Positions 37,464 to 50,035 of a stretch of DNA of 64,000 bases are shown here, piece by piece. The notes below the pieces were generated by a model that saw nothing but the letters and a program-made list of their open reading frames with translations, did no database searches and was not told where the DNA came from. Origin of the DNA: Eledone cirrhosa (Eukaryota); NCBI GenBank assembly GCA_964016885.1, contig OZ024761.1:8928001-8992000 (forward strand). Direction: 5' to 3'. Position 1 is the stretch's first letter. Every line of letters starts with the position of its first letter. Position numbers and translations under genes: made by a program.

Positions 37464-37920
37464 ATTCCTTTCAACTAAACTGTATCCATTCAAATCTTTC
37501 TATATATATATATATATATGTATGTAATAATTGTTTCTACTTTTGGCACAAGGCCTGCAATTACCCAATGTATTACTGGTGCTTTGTTCTATCGACCCCG
37601 TAACGATGAAAAGCAAAGTTAACCTCGGCGGGATTTGAACTCAGACCATGTTTATTGGTTGGTGATGCGCGTTTCGCTACTGATCAGCTCGAGGTTCGAT
37701 CTATATTGATCTGGCCTGACTCTGGAATCAATAGCTTGTCGGACCTCACCAACCAATAAACGTAATGGAGGTGTAACCATTTGTCCTTGTATTATTATAT
37801 TACACTCTGTCTAGCTCTACACCTCGATACTGAGGTGAAGGTAAACATTGTTTGCACCCGGGTGAACCTACAGTAACTCCGCGTTACACTCCCTGGATAT
37901 ATATATATATATACACACAC

Positions 37921-38497
37921 ATCATCATCATCATCATCATCATCAACGTTTAACGTCCGTGTTCCACGCTTGCATGGGTTTGGACGGGGGTTTTCCCACT
38001 TGAGGCAAGAGTGGTTGTCTTGCTCGCATAGGACTGTCTGGCGGGTTTTCTACAGTTGGATGCCCTTCCTAACACCAACCACATTTACAGTGTGGGTCTG
38101 GGAGGTTTTTACCGTGTTGCCTACACGGCCACATTGCAGCGTGGACTGTCTGGCGGGTTTTCTACAGCTGGATGCCCTTCCTAACACCAACCACATTTAC
38201 AGTGTGGGTCTGGGAGGTTTTTACCGTGTTACCTACACGGCCACATTACAGCGTGGACTGTGTGTTTTTTTTGTCGTGACACCTACACGATCTCATTTGT
38301 TTCGGCCTGGATGGCGTAGCACCGACATAACTTTACATAGAAGGGGGCGGTGTGGATGGGGTGGGGGTGGTGGGACGGGGGTGTATTTTGTTAGAGATGC
38401 CTACTGGCTGTAGTAGGTTTTACTATGTATTTAGGTAAGGCGGGTCTTCTCTATTACTGAGTACCGCCAAAGGTCTCGGTCCAGTGACATTGTCTAC
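37921..38497 (-). mobile_element. RTE LINE 3' end/UTR (same family as 21183-23077)
   Basis: (ATG)n tail, shared GGATGCCCTTCCTAACACCAACC motif, and RT end near 38440-38497. Confidence 0.75.
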
Positions 38498-38570
<73 letters not shown>

Positions 38571-38860
38571 GTAATACAGAGTACCCGACCTCCCATGGGT
38601 ACAAGCTGAAGCATATAGACAATATGCCCCCACACCCCCCACTGCAAGGTGGACATGTAGGCGCCACGAAAAAGCACCCAGCACTCACTGTAAATGAGGT
38701 TGGAGTTAGGAAGGGCATCCAGCTGTAGAAATCAAGCTAAATCAGTTCCTGTATGAGCAAGGCATGGTCAGCCGACCAGACACTGCCCACAACAGGACAA
38801 CCCGTCTAACCCATGCTAGCGTGGAAGAACGGACGTAAAACGGTGATGATGATGATGATG
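38571..38860 (+). mobile_element. RTE-derived 3' fragment
   Basis: AGGAAGGGCATCCAGCTGTAGAAA motif and CCCATGCTAGCGTGGAAGAACGGACGTAAAA(TGA)n tail. Confidence 0.7.
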
Positions 38861-38889
38861 ATATATATATATATATATGTATGTATATA

Positions 38890-38928
<39 letters not shown>

Positions 38929-38935
38929 CAATTGA

Positions 38936-39497
38936 ATATATGAGAGGGATAAACACCGATACAAGTATACATGTGTTCCAATTGCAAATGACCAAGTTAG
39001 CTAGGTTGAAAAATACTAATTTAAAACAATATGCTTTGCCTGACTCGATTTAAAGTAATAAATCAATAAAAATAATAAACCTATATCGGGCAACTGCCTT
39101 TGATACCCGGACAGATCTAAATCTGTTTTGCAACAATTATTAAGTGAAACGGCACGAGTATGAGACGCGTTAGGCGCTGCAACATGTGCTTTTATAACAG
39201 CACATCGTTCAGTCTTCTGAGATCCTTTGAAGTGAAGGGTACGACTTTCCTGGATACCCGCAGAAGAGCACAGGAATGGTGGCTTTCACTTAATAATTCT
39301 TGTGAAACAGATTTAGATCTGTCCGGATATCAAAGGCAGTTGCCCGATATAGGTTTATTATTTTTATTGATTTATTACTTTAAATCGAGTCAGGCAAAGC
39401 ATATTGTTTTAAATTAGTATTTTTCAACCTAGCTAACTTGGTCATTTGCAATTGGAACACATGTATACTTGTATCGGTGTTCATCCCTCTCATATAT
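38936..39497. repeat. Inverted repeat, ~214-bp arms with 134-bp spacer
   Basis: 38936-39149 is the reverse complement of 39284-39497 with few mismatches. Confidence 0.93.
39253..39331 (+). ncRNA. Hammerhead-like motif with a core mutation
   Basis: Stem I GATACCCG/CGGATATC, core CAGAAGA (U4 changed to A), stem II ACAGGAAT/ATTCTTGT, GAAA, stem III CAGAT/ATCTG, GUC ending at 39323. Confidence 0.6.
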
Positions 39498-39584
39498 CCA
39501 TTTGTCTTACATGGCTCGGAAAGTTTCCCTTCCTTGAGCTATTTAATTGTAAAAGACTATTTTGAGTTTCTAACTCAATCTATG

Positions 39585-39615
<31 letters not shown>

Positions 39616-39629
39616 TATATATGTATATA

Positions 39630-39673
<44 letters not shown>

Positions 39674-39684
39674 TATCATTATCA

Positions 39685-39911
39685 TTTCATTTTACGTCCG
39701 CTTTTCCCTGCTTGCAAGGGTGGGACGGGAACTGATGCTGGCTTGATTTCTACAGCTGGATGCCCTTCCTAACACCAACCTCATTTACAGTGAGTGCTGG
39801 GTGCTTTTTTGCCGTCGCACCTCCACGACCACTTTGCAGTGGAATGATAGGGAACCCAGTCCTTATCATCTCATTTCTACAGCTGAGTAAACTGGAGCAA
39901 TGTGAAATAAA

Positions 39912-39917
<6 letters not shown>
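39685..39917 (-). mobile_element. SINE family A, 5'-truncated at a (TA)n tract
   Basis: Matches 24528-24760. Confidence 0.8.
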
Positions 39918-39956
<39 letters not shown>

Positions 39957-40145
39957 CACACACAAACTAGTAACAAAAATGTTTCTTTATAAATCATTGT
40001 GCATGTATGTGTGTGTCTGTGTGTGTATATGCGCGTGTGCATATGTGTCTCTGTGTCTCTGTATGTGCATGTGTGTTTGTGTGTGTGTGTGTGTGTTCAC
40101 TATTTATATGTAATTATAGAATTGTTGTTGCTGTTGTTGTTTTAG

Positions 40146-40394
40146 ATCCTGAAAGGAATGGCAAAGATCAATGGCCGTCCTGGGGCCTCTATGAAGCCTT
40201 TTGATTTTGAGACTTTGAGGACAGAACTGAAAGAGAAGCATAAAACAACCATTCAAGAAATCGATCTGATGAGTGCTGCCCTCTACCCTAAAGTCTTTTC
40301 AGACTATTTTGAATTCCGACAGAAATATGGCCCCGTAGAATGCTTAGACACCAAGCTATTCCTTGTTGGACCACAAATGGCGCAGGAATGTGAG
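40146..40394 (+). CDS. PC: Pyruvate carboxylase exon
   Basis: tttag/gtaag. ILKGMAKINGRPGASMKPFD..DLMSAALYPKVFSDY..YGPVECLDTKLFLVGPQMAQECE. Confidence 0.96.
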
Positions 40395-40440
40395 GTAAGA
40401 AACTTTAGTTAATAAATTGAGGACCTGTGTCGTTGTTAAT

Positions 40441-40845
40441 AATTGTTTCTACTTTTGGCACAAGGCCAGCAATTATCCCAGTGTATTACTGGTACTTTAT
40501 TTCATCGACCCCGTAAGGATGAAAGGTAGAGTTATCCTTGGTGGTATTTGAACTCAGATCACAAAGGGCCGTAACTTTATGCAGCAAAGCATGGCGTCCG
40601 ACCCTCTCCCGATACTGCCAATCCACCGCTCTAGTGTCATTGTTAATATTTGTTTCTACGTTAGGCACAAGGCCAGCAATTACCCCAGTGCATTACTGGT
40701 ACTTTATTTTATCGACCCCCGTAAGGATGAAAGGCAAAGTTAACCTCGGCGGGATTTGAACTCAGAATGGCAAGGGCCGTAACTCTATACGTCAAAGCAT
40801 GGCATCCGACCCTCTCCCGATACTGCCAATCCACCGCTCTAGTGT
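40441..40845 (-). mobile_element. Two tandem tRNA-derived SINEs (family B)
   Basis: GGCAGTATCGG..CTGAGTTCAAATCCCGCCGAGGTTAACTTTGCCTTTCATCC..CGATAAAATAAAGTACCAG on the minus strand. Other copies lie near 37530, 42960, 45360, 51570, 53970, 54250 and 54500. Confidence 0.8.
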
Positions 40846-41189
40846 CATTGTTAATAATGTCAGCAACATTTTTGGAAGTCGAGGATTGGTTTGTCATATA
40901 TATGGTTTACATAAGAGAAACCCTATAGTTTATGTTGATTACTGACACATGTGTAAAATCCCAATCACATCGCCAAGTGGTTTCGGCTTGGGTGTTCAGA
41001 AAGCCTTTTCAAGGGTGGATTTTATATATCTCTATACCCACTCTGCATCTCCCCTTGCATTGAGTACTCCCATGATTAGTGGTTTCCTCCAAGAGATGTC
41101 AACATGAATGGACCTGTTATTTTTCTCTAAAAACATTTTTTCAAATTCCGCCCCGCCCATCCCTTCAATCTTTCTAATTTCTCATTCTT

Positions 41190-41225
41190 TCATCTGATGA
41201 AGGACTAGCATCCGAAATGTTAAGA
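41190..41225 (+). ncRNA. Minimal hammerhead motif, third copy, degenerate
   Basis: CTGATGA A GGA-CTAGCA-TCC GAAATGTT AAGA. Confidence 0.5.
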
Positions 41226-41558
41226 CTCTCTTCCTGCTATTTCAAGTGTTAACTTAATATATTTCTTCCATATACTGTACCGATTGTGTTGTTATTTCTG
41301 TTTACTTTTTACATACATATATATATATATATAATATAAACCCATGCTAGCGTGGAAGAACGGACGTAAAACGGTGATGATGATGATGATGATATATGAG
41401 TGAGAGAATATGCTCCGAAATCATTAGACGTGTCCGTCAAACCTGCGGGTCCAGAATCAGACAGATCCACACAATGATCGCGTCTCAAGCTGTCCACCGG
41501 GGAAACAATTGTAACAATAAATTGAGTTCAGATACATCACTGATTTTTCATTTTCTAT

Positions 41559-41595
<37 letters not shown>

Positions 41596-41631
41596 CCATA
41601 CCATATATATATATATCCATACCACCTCAGT

Positions 41632-41915
41632 GTACGGGAGAGGAGACTGAGGTGGTACGGACATGTGATGCGCATGGAGGATGACCGATGGGTGAAGAAG
41701 TGCCAGGAATTGCCAGTTGAAGGAAGACGTGGTAGAGGTAGACCACGAAAAACATGGGCGGAGGTGGTGAGAACAGACCTCAGATCATTGAAGCTCACGG
41801 TGGAGATGACGAGGGACCGTGACGAGTGGAGAGATGCTGTGCTGAATAAGACCCGTCCCACCCTTGCAAGCAGAGAAAAGCGGACGTAAAATGATGATGA
41901 TGATGATGATGATGA
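41632..41915 (+). mobile_element. RTE LINE 3' fragment
   Basis: RRLRWYGHVMRMEDDRWVKKCQELPVEGRRGRGRPRKTW...; (TGA)n tail. Confidence 0.9.
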
Positions 41916-41960
41916 TATATATATATATTTATTTATTTATTCATTGTCTTGTATTTTCAG

Positions 41961-42101
41961 GTAGAGATTGAACGTGGAAAGACACTTCATATAAAAACCC
42001 TGGCAGTTGGTAATATCGGAGATGATGGTCGGCGTGAAGTCTTCTTTGAACTAAATGGTCAACTGAGATCAGTTAGAATTCTAGATGAGCTGGCAATGAA
42101 G
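41961..42101 (+). CDS. PC: Pyruvate carboxylase exon
   Basis: ttttcag/gtaag. [47 protein letters not shown]. Not in the ORF track. Confidence 0.97.
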
Positions 42102-42411
42102 GTAAGTGAAGGTTCATAAATTCTTTAGGAAATAACTCTTCCAATAACAAACACTTTGAACCCTTCCCTGGTTCTATAATACAAAACAGTTTATTTTAAA
42201 ATGTTTATATTTATCTAAAAAGATTTCTAAACATAATTTTTTTGAGTTGTCTCTAATACTACTTATTTAACTAAATTATTCCAAATTCTTGATTATTTTC
42301 AAAATTATTTGTAAATGAAACAAAATTTTTTATTTAATTAATTATATATAAACGTTTAGTTTTTAGAATAGTTCTTTTGTTAAAACTTATAAAGAAACTT
42401 TATTTATGGAA

Positions 42412-42813
42412 TAAAGTGGTTGTGTAGGTGTCATGACAAAAAGCACCCAGTCCACACTGTAAAGTTACTATGTAGGTGTCATCACAAAAAGCACCCAGTC
42501 CACACTGTAAAGTGGTCGTGTAGGTGTCACGACAAAAAACACTCAGCCCACACTGTAAAATGGTTGTGAAGGTGTCATGACAAAAAGCATCCAGCCCACA
42601 CAGTAAAGTGGTCGTGTAAGAGACACAGCAAAAAGCACCCAGCACACACTGTAAATGTGGTTGGTGTTAGGTAGGGCATCCAGCCATAGAAAACCAGCCA
42701 GAAACAGTCCTGTATGAGTGAGACATGGTCACCTGACCCAACTTGCCTCTAAATAGGACAAACCCGTCTAACCCATGCTAGCGTGGAAGATAGACGTTAA
42801 ACGATGATGATGA
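42412..42813 (+). mobile_element. RTE 3' UTR with ~5 copies of the 49-bp-type unit
   Basis: Reverse complement of the 21183-21600 region. Confidence 0.75.
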
Positions 42814-43327
42814 TTATGTCAACTATATTTAACAAAAATAAGTTATTCAATTATGGAAAATATTTTATTTGTTATATATAAACATATGTCAACTATATTT
42901 AACAAAGAGAAATTATACAATGGTGGAAATATATATAAAAAAAAGAAAAACAATATTAAATAATTGTTTCTACGTTAGGCACAAAGCCAGTAATTACTCA
43001 GTGTATTACTGGTACTTTATTTTATCGACCCCGTAAGGATGAAAGGCAAAGTTAACCTCGGCGAGATTTGAACTCAGAATGGCAAGGGCCGTAACAATAT
43101 TAAATAATGAACACAGGGGAAGGGGTAAATGTGGCTTTAGATGAAAAACCCTGGCCAAATTTACAGTCCTGTCATAGCAAGGTATGGTATGGCCAATCCT
43201 GGCCAAACTTGTTTCTCAATGTGGACAACCCATCAAACCCATGCAAGCATGGAAAAATGAACATTAAACGGTGATGATGATGATGATGATATATATATGT
43301 ATATATAAATATTTCATTATTTTCCAG

Positions 43328-43579
43328 GATTTGGTGATACATCCGAAAGCAACTAGTGACCCTGGTTCCATTGGAGCTCCAATGCCCGGTACTGTGGTTG
43401 ACATTCGAGTCAAGCAAGGTGATACAATCGAGAAGGGGCAGCCAGTTTTGATCTTGAGTGCCATGAAAATGGAGATGATAGTCACTGCACCGCTGTCTGG
43501 TACCATCACTAGCGTGTCCGTTTCCAAAGATATGAAACTTGAGGGAGATGACCTATTGATGGAAATTAAAGCAAATTGA
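43328..43579 (+). CDS. PC: Pyruvate carboxylase last coding exon (biotin carboxyl carrier domain)
   Basis: tttccag acceptor. HPKA..GSIGAPMPGTVVDI..LSAMKMEM (biotinyl-Lys motif AMKM at 43460-43471)..LEGDDLLMEIKAN, stop TGA. Confidence 0.98.
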   Translation, partial: DLVIHPKATSDPGSIGAPMPGTVVDIRVKQGDTIEKGQPVLILSAMKMEMIVTAPLSGTITSVSVSKDMKLEGDDLLMEIKAN

Positions 43580-43700
43580 ATAAGATTATGATGATGGTGG
43601 TGACGACGTTGATGATGGTGATAGTGGTTGTAGTGGTAGTGTTTGTGGTAGTAGTGGTGGTGGTGGTGGTGGTGAGTAGGATGATGATGATGATGAATAA

Positions 43701-43735
<35 letters not shown>

Positions 43736-44271
43736 CATAATCATGATAATTGTGAAGATTCACAATGGAAGAAACAACTTTGTGAATCTAAAAAAAAAAA
43801 CAACACACCATCTTCATCTGGGATCAGGTTCTGTCTTACATGAATGATTGTACACACACGCGCATACACACACATACACGCACATATATATGCACACATA
43901 CACACACGTACATACTTACACATACGCACAGACACATGCACATATACGCACACACATAGACACATGCACATACACACAAGCACTTTTACATACCTATATT
44001 AGCCTCTGTCTAATCCCTCACGACTTTGAATTGCTTTTCCTTCTTTATTTGACGAGGTGGAGTGTGGGTAGGGGTGCGTGTAAGGGTGGGATGGTGGGGT
44101 TGACCAATTAATCTTTCTTTGGATTAATGATGATATAAATTAAAGCAACACATACATACACACGCACACGCACACACGCTAATTCAAACAATGATTTTTT
44201 TTTTATGTTGTTTTTTCATATTTTTGTAAATCGTCAAACATTGAAATGGGGTGAAAAATTGTTATTTTTAT

Positions 44272-45084
44272 GATATTTCTGGGGCTCGCTGACAAACACC
44301 TCTTTAAATATATTTCTGGGGCTATCAGACAAACTAGACTTAGGATATATTTCTGGGAGTGTCAGATAAATTCTATTTAAATATATTTCTGGGGCTCTTA
44401 GACAAACTCCCCTTTAAATATATTTCTGGGAATGTCAGACAAACTCTATTTAAGTATATATCTGGGTTTGTCAGACAAACTCCCCCTTAAATATATTTCT
44501 GGGAGTGTCAGACAAACTCCCCCTTAAATATATTTCTGGGAGTGTCAGACAAACTTCCCATTAAATATATTTCTGGGTATGTCAGATAAACTCCCCTTTA
44601 AATATATTTCTGGGAGTGTCAGACAAACTTCCCATTAAATATATTTCTGGGTATGTCAGACAAACTCCCCTTTAAATATATTTCTGGGAGTGTCAGACAA
44701 ATTTCCCATTAAATATATTTCTGGGTATGTCAGACAAACTCCCCTTTAAATATATTTCTGGAAGTGTCAGACAAACTCCCCATTAAATTTATTTCTGAGA
44801 GTGTCAGACAAACTCTATTTAAATATATTTTTAGGTATGTCAGACAAACTCCCCTTTAAATATATTTCTGAGAGTGTCAGACAAACTCTATTTAAGTATA
44901 TTTTTAGGTATGTCAGACAAACTCCCCTTTAAATATATTTCTGAGAGTGTCCGACAAACTCTATTTAAATATATTTCTAGGTATGTCAGACAAACTCCCC
45001 TTTAAATATATTTCTGGGAATGTCAGACAAACTCTATTTAAGTATATTTCTGAAAGTCTCAGACAAACATGACTTAAATATATT
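44272..45084. repeat. 35-37-bp minisatellite downstream of the PC stop
   Basis: AAATATATTTCTGGGAGTGTCAGACAAACTCCCCCTT units. Confidence 0.93.
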
Positions 45085-45726
45085 TGTTGAATTTATTTTT
45101 TCAAATATATATATATTTTATTTGTTTTGATTTCTCATAATTTTTACTTTTGTTATTATTATTTTTATTATTTTTTTATATATATATTATTTTCATTATA
45201 TTAAAATTATGATTTAAACGAAACAAAAAGAAAAACGAAAATTGATTAAATTTGCAATGCTTTTCCTATTTTTTTAAATTTTGATTTAAATTTTATTTTT
45301 CCATAACATTTTTAATTGATTGATATTATTGTTTGTGTTGTTATTGTTATTGTTATTAGTGGATTATCAGAACTGGTAGAGCGTCAGTCAACATTCTTTT
45401 TGTCGGATCTGTCCGTTCTGAGTTCAAATCCCGCCGAGGTTAGCTTTGGCCTTTTCATCCCTACAGGGGTAGATAAAATAAAGTACCAGTAAAGTTCTGG
45501 GGTTGACACAATCGACTTTCCCCCTTAACCCCCTAAGACCTTAGAACTGCTGGCTTTGTGCCTGAAGCAGACGTTACTGTTAAATGTTACAATATTTGTT
45601 GACCGGGGAGAAAAGATGTCCATTATTGTTCAGTTTCTGAATTAAAACGCCGCCAGAGATTCACCTCTGACCCAGTATTTCTACAGATTCTCTGTCACAC
45701 TATATGAAACAACACTTGTGACCCAG

Positions 45727-46915
45727 TATTGTGTTGTGTGGTAGTGGTGTTGGTGATGATTGTGTTGGTGGTAGTGGTGTTGGTTGTGTTGGTGATGATT
45801 GTGTTGGTGATGATTGTGTTGGTGGTAGTGGTGTTGGTTGTGTTGGTGATGATTGTGTTGGTGATGATTGTGTTGGTGGTAGTGGTGTTGGTTGTGTTGG
45901 TGATGATTGTGTTGGTGGTAGTGGTGTTGGTGATGATTGTGTTGGTGGTAGTGGTGTTGGTGATGATTGTGTTGGTGGTAGTGGCGTTGGTGATGATTGT
46001 GTTGGTGGTAGTGGTGTTGGTTGTGTTGGTGTTAGTGGTGCTGGTGATTGTGTTGTGTGGTAGTGGTGTTGGTGATGGTGATTGTGGTGTTGGTGATGGT
46101 GGTTGTGTGGTAGTGGTGTTGGTGCTGGTGATTGTGTTGTGTGGTGTTGGTGATGGTGATGGTGATTGTGTTGTGTGGTAGTGGTGTTGGTGATGGTGCT
46201 AGTGATTGTGTTGTGTGGTGTTGGTGATGGTGATTGTGTTGTGTGGTAGTGGTGTTGGTGATTGTGTTGTGTGGCAGTGATGGTGGTTGTGTTGTGTGGC
46301 AGTGGTGTTGGTGATGGTGATTGTGATTGTGTTGTGTGGTAGTGGTGTTGGTGATGGTGATTGTGTTGTGTGGCAGTGGTGTTGGTGATGGTGATTGTGT
46401 TGTGTGGTAGTGGTGTTGGTGATGGTGATTGTGTTGTGTGGTAGTGGTGTTGGTGATGGTGATTGTGTTGTGTGGCAGTGGTGTTGGTGATGGTGGTTGT
46501 GTTGTGTGGCAGTGGTGATGGTGATTGTGTTGTGTGGCAGTGGTGTTGGTGATGGTGATTGTGTTGTGTGGTAGTGGTGTTGGTGATGGTGGTTGTGTTG
46601 TGTGGCAGTGGTGTTGGTGATGGTGATTGTGTTGTGTGGCAGTGGTGTTGGTGATGGTGATTGTGTTGTGTGGTAGTGGTGTTGGTGATGGTGATTGTGT
46701 TGTGTGGCAGTGGTGATGGTGATTGTGTTGTGTGGCAGTGGTGTTGGTGATGGTGATTGTGTTGTGTGGTAGTGGTGTTGGTGATGGTGGTTGTGTTGTG
46801 TGGCAGTGGTGTTGGTGATGGTGATGATTGTGTTAGAGATAGTGATGATGATGATGATGATGACTGCGTTTTGGTGGTGATTGCATTGGTGTTGGTGTTG
46901 GTGATGATGATGGAT
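45727..46915. repeat. GT-rich low-complexity repeat
   Basis: GGTGATTGTGTTGTGTGGTAGTGGTGTT units. Confidence 0.9.
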
Positions 46916-47281
46916 GTGGGGATTTCCTGCATGGCAACCCCCTTAAAACTCCTCTGCCAGCTTTGTTACCCCTAAATCCTTAACATAGTTAGATTAGCAT
47001 ACTGCATTGTGTTCAGAATACTCCTGACACAACACACCACTATTGATGATGATGATGATGTTGATGGTGGTCATAGTGATGATGATGATGGTGGTCATGG
47101 CGGTTGTGGTAGTGATGCTGGTAGGCAGATGGAGATGGTGAAATTAACATTGTGCAGCTATTCCGTGCTTTACCAATCTTAGGAGGAGTTTCTGCCATCA
47201 CCACCACCGCCACCCACTCCCTTACTTTCTAAAAAAGGGGCCAATCTCTTGGACCTTTATCTTTCACTCTTGCATCAATTA

Positions 47282-47318
<37 letters not shown>

Positions 47319-47379
47319 TGAGATTCTACAGGACTAGAACTGTTTCATTCTTTAGAAATCATCAGGAATCTGAGATTTC

Positions 47380-47434
47380 TGAGATTCCTGATGATTTCTA
47401 AAGAATGAAACAGTTCTAGTCCTGTAGAATCTCA
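47380..47434 (+). ncRNA. Type I hammerhead ribozyme motif within palindrome 47312-47441 (mirror copy on minus strand at 47319-47373)
   Basis: Stem I TGAGATTC/GAATCTCA (8 bp), CTGATGA at 47388, short stem II TTC/GAA, GAAA at 47407, stem III ACAG/CTGT with 8-nt loop, GUA ending at 47426. Confidence 0.8.
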
Positions 47435-47517
47435 TCTATATTAAAACTTTTATACTCTGCTATGTATTGAGTACCTTACTTACTGTGGTTACCTCCGATT
47501 CAACCCGGAATAACTTA

Positions 47518-47626
<109 letters not shown>

Positions 47627-47845
47627 GCACACACCTAAATATACACATGCACATACACACACACACACACATACACACACACCAATTTCTAATCCTAAAA
47701 TTGTCAAAAGGAATCCTGAAAACTTACCTGAAAACTTACCTGAACGAAGGCTTTCTTTAATGAAGACAGGATTCTGGGAACATTTATTTTCAACACTTCT
47801 GGAGTCCTGTTTATTTGGTTAATGCTGTAAGTGCTTTCTTTTTTA

Positions 47846-47890
<45 letters not shown>

Positions 47891-47945
47891 GCAAACATAC
47901 ATACATACTACATACATACTACATATATATATATATGTGCGTGTG

Positions 47946-47980
<35 letters not shown>

Positions 47981-48057
47981 GCATGTATATATATATAGGC
48001 ATATGTATATATATATATACACATATATGCATATATATATATATGTATACACATATA

Positions 48058-48114
<57 letters not shown>

Positions 48115-48162
48115 GCAAACATACATACATACTACATATATATATATATGTGCGTGTGTATG

Positions 48163-48212
<50 letters not shown>

Positions 48213-48420
48213 TGTATATATATATATATATGTATATATATATAGGCATATATATAAATATACATATGTGTACACCAGTTCGAACTACAACAACAACAGA
48301 TACAAACACAAAGAAGATATAAGATATAAAATAAAACTCTAAAGGTCTTCAACAAAAATATTGTTACAAAAAGCAAAAAAAAAAAAAGACAATACAATGG
48401 CAATGAAGTGGAATATGTGA

Positions 48421-49043
48421 GTCGACTTCCTCGTGGAGGCCTCTGGAAATTGATCCCTGGTCACTCAGCTATGATCTTTATTAGGTAAACAACACCAACC
48501 TGAGACAGAAGATCATAAGAAACAGATTTACTTGAGTATTTAATCTTGTTATAATATATTACCTAACGATGGACACTGTAAATTGATCCCTGATCTCTGA
48601 TCTCTGATCTTTGATCAGAACAGCAACAACCTGAGATCAACTCATACACAAGAAGATCTACTTGAGTATTTAATCTCGTTATAAAGATATGTTAACCAAG
48701 CGATGGACACTGTAAATTGATCCCTGATCCCTGGTCTCTGATCTCTGATCTTTGATCAGAACAGCAACAACCTGAGATCAACTCATACACAAGAAGATCT
48801 ACTTGAGTATTTAATCTCGTTATAAAGATATGTTAACCAAGCGATGGACACTGGAAATTGATCCACATTCATGATCTCTGATCTTTGATCAGGTGAACAG
48901 TAACAACCTGAGATCAACTCATACACAAGATCTACTTGAGTATTTGATTTCATTACAAAGATATGTTAACCAAGCAATGGACTCTGGAAATTGATCCCTG
49001 ATCCCTGGTCACTGATCTTTGATCAGGTGAACAGCAACAACCT
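48421..49043. repeat. ~130-140-bp tandem repeat (4-5 units)
   Basis: CTACTTGAGTATTTAATC..GATGGACACTG..GATCTTTGATCAG..CAACCTGAGATC recurs at ~48531, 48661, 48802 and 48935. Confidence 0.85.
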
Positions 49044-49427
49044 AAATGGAAGGAAAGAAAAATATATTCAGACAATGATAGATAGAAGAGGAACAGTGAA
49101 TAACTGTCGCAAAGAGAAATGGAAGTAGAGAGAAGTATTATTTTGGAATAATCTGAAATGTGTTTGTCTTTGTAGAAGTTACTTTGTATTTCCAAAAAGG
49201 TAATTTTCCTGTTTGTGTTTTACAGTATGGAAGATTTCATTTGTCTGAATAATTATGATAATGATTAAGGGTGCCTTTGTTTTTGATTTTTTTTTCAATT
49301 GGTTTTTGCAGTTCGTTTCTCTGTAAAACCCTTAAAGTTAAGGGTTCATTTCCATTGAAAAACTTTAAAATGATCCCATCTTATCTTTTTCAATGAAATT
49401 CTTTTTATTTAAATTGAGTTCTGAAAG

Positions 49428-49463
<36 letters not shown>

Positions 49464-50035
49464 TTGACCAACTTAATCCTCTCTGAAACTGGTTTTTCAT
49501 TATTTATTCAACCATGTTTTGGAGTTTTCTTGGTTGACTGCACATTTTCAGAACCAAAATTATGACATGCATCAGTCTTGGAGAGAGAAATATTCGAATG
49601 AGGGTCAAAGTCAATATTATATTTATAATAATTATAATTTTGAGGGGTTTTATTTTCCCATATTTTCTATCATATATTGAATATTGGTAAGTTTGTTTGA
49701 ATTTTTATTTTAATAATCTTTAAAGAATTTTAGGGATATTTTCTATAAGAATAGAGGAGAAAGAACTATGATATACTATGATTCCTATAGCCGAAACAAA
49801 GCATGCTCGATGCTTAGCGATGCAATGTTAAATATTATAGTGGGATTAATATTCAAGTAGTTATATATATTTTTAATTATATATATATATATATATATAT
49901 CATTTTTATACTCCTGAAGAAGGGTTAAAACCCGACATGTTGAACTTTCTTTCCCCTTTTCCATATAAAACGTGAAACTAATAACACCTATACATACAAA
50001 ATGATATAGAAACTATTGGCAATTATACACTAACA

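Noticed and set aside
45700-46932. 410-aa mucin-like ORF
   Set aside because: Low-complexity repeat with no splice or domain support.
49911-49945. Active hammerhead (CTGAAGA AGGGTT/AACCC GACA)
   Set aside because: The GAAA core is mutated to GACA and stem I is weak; counted only as a relic.
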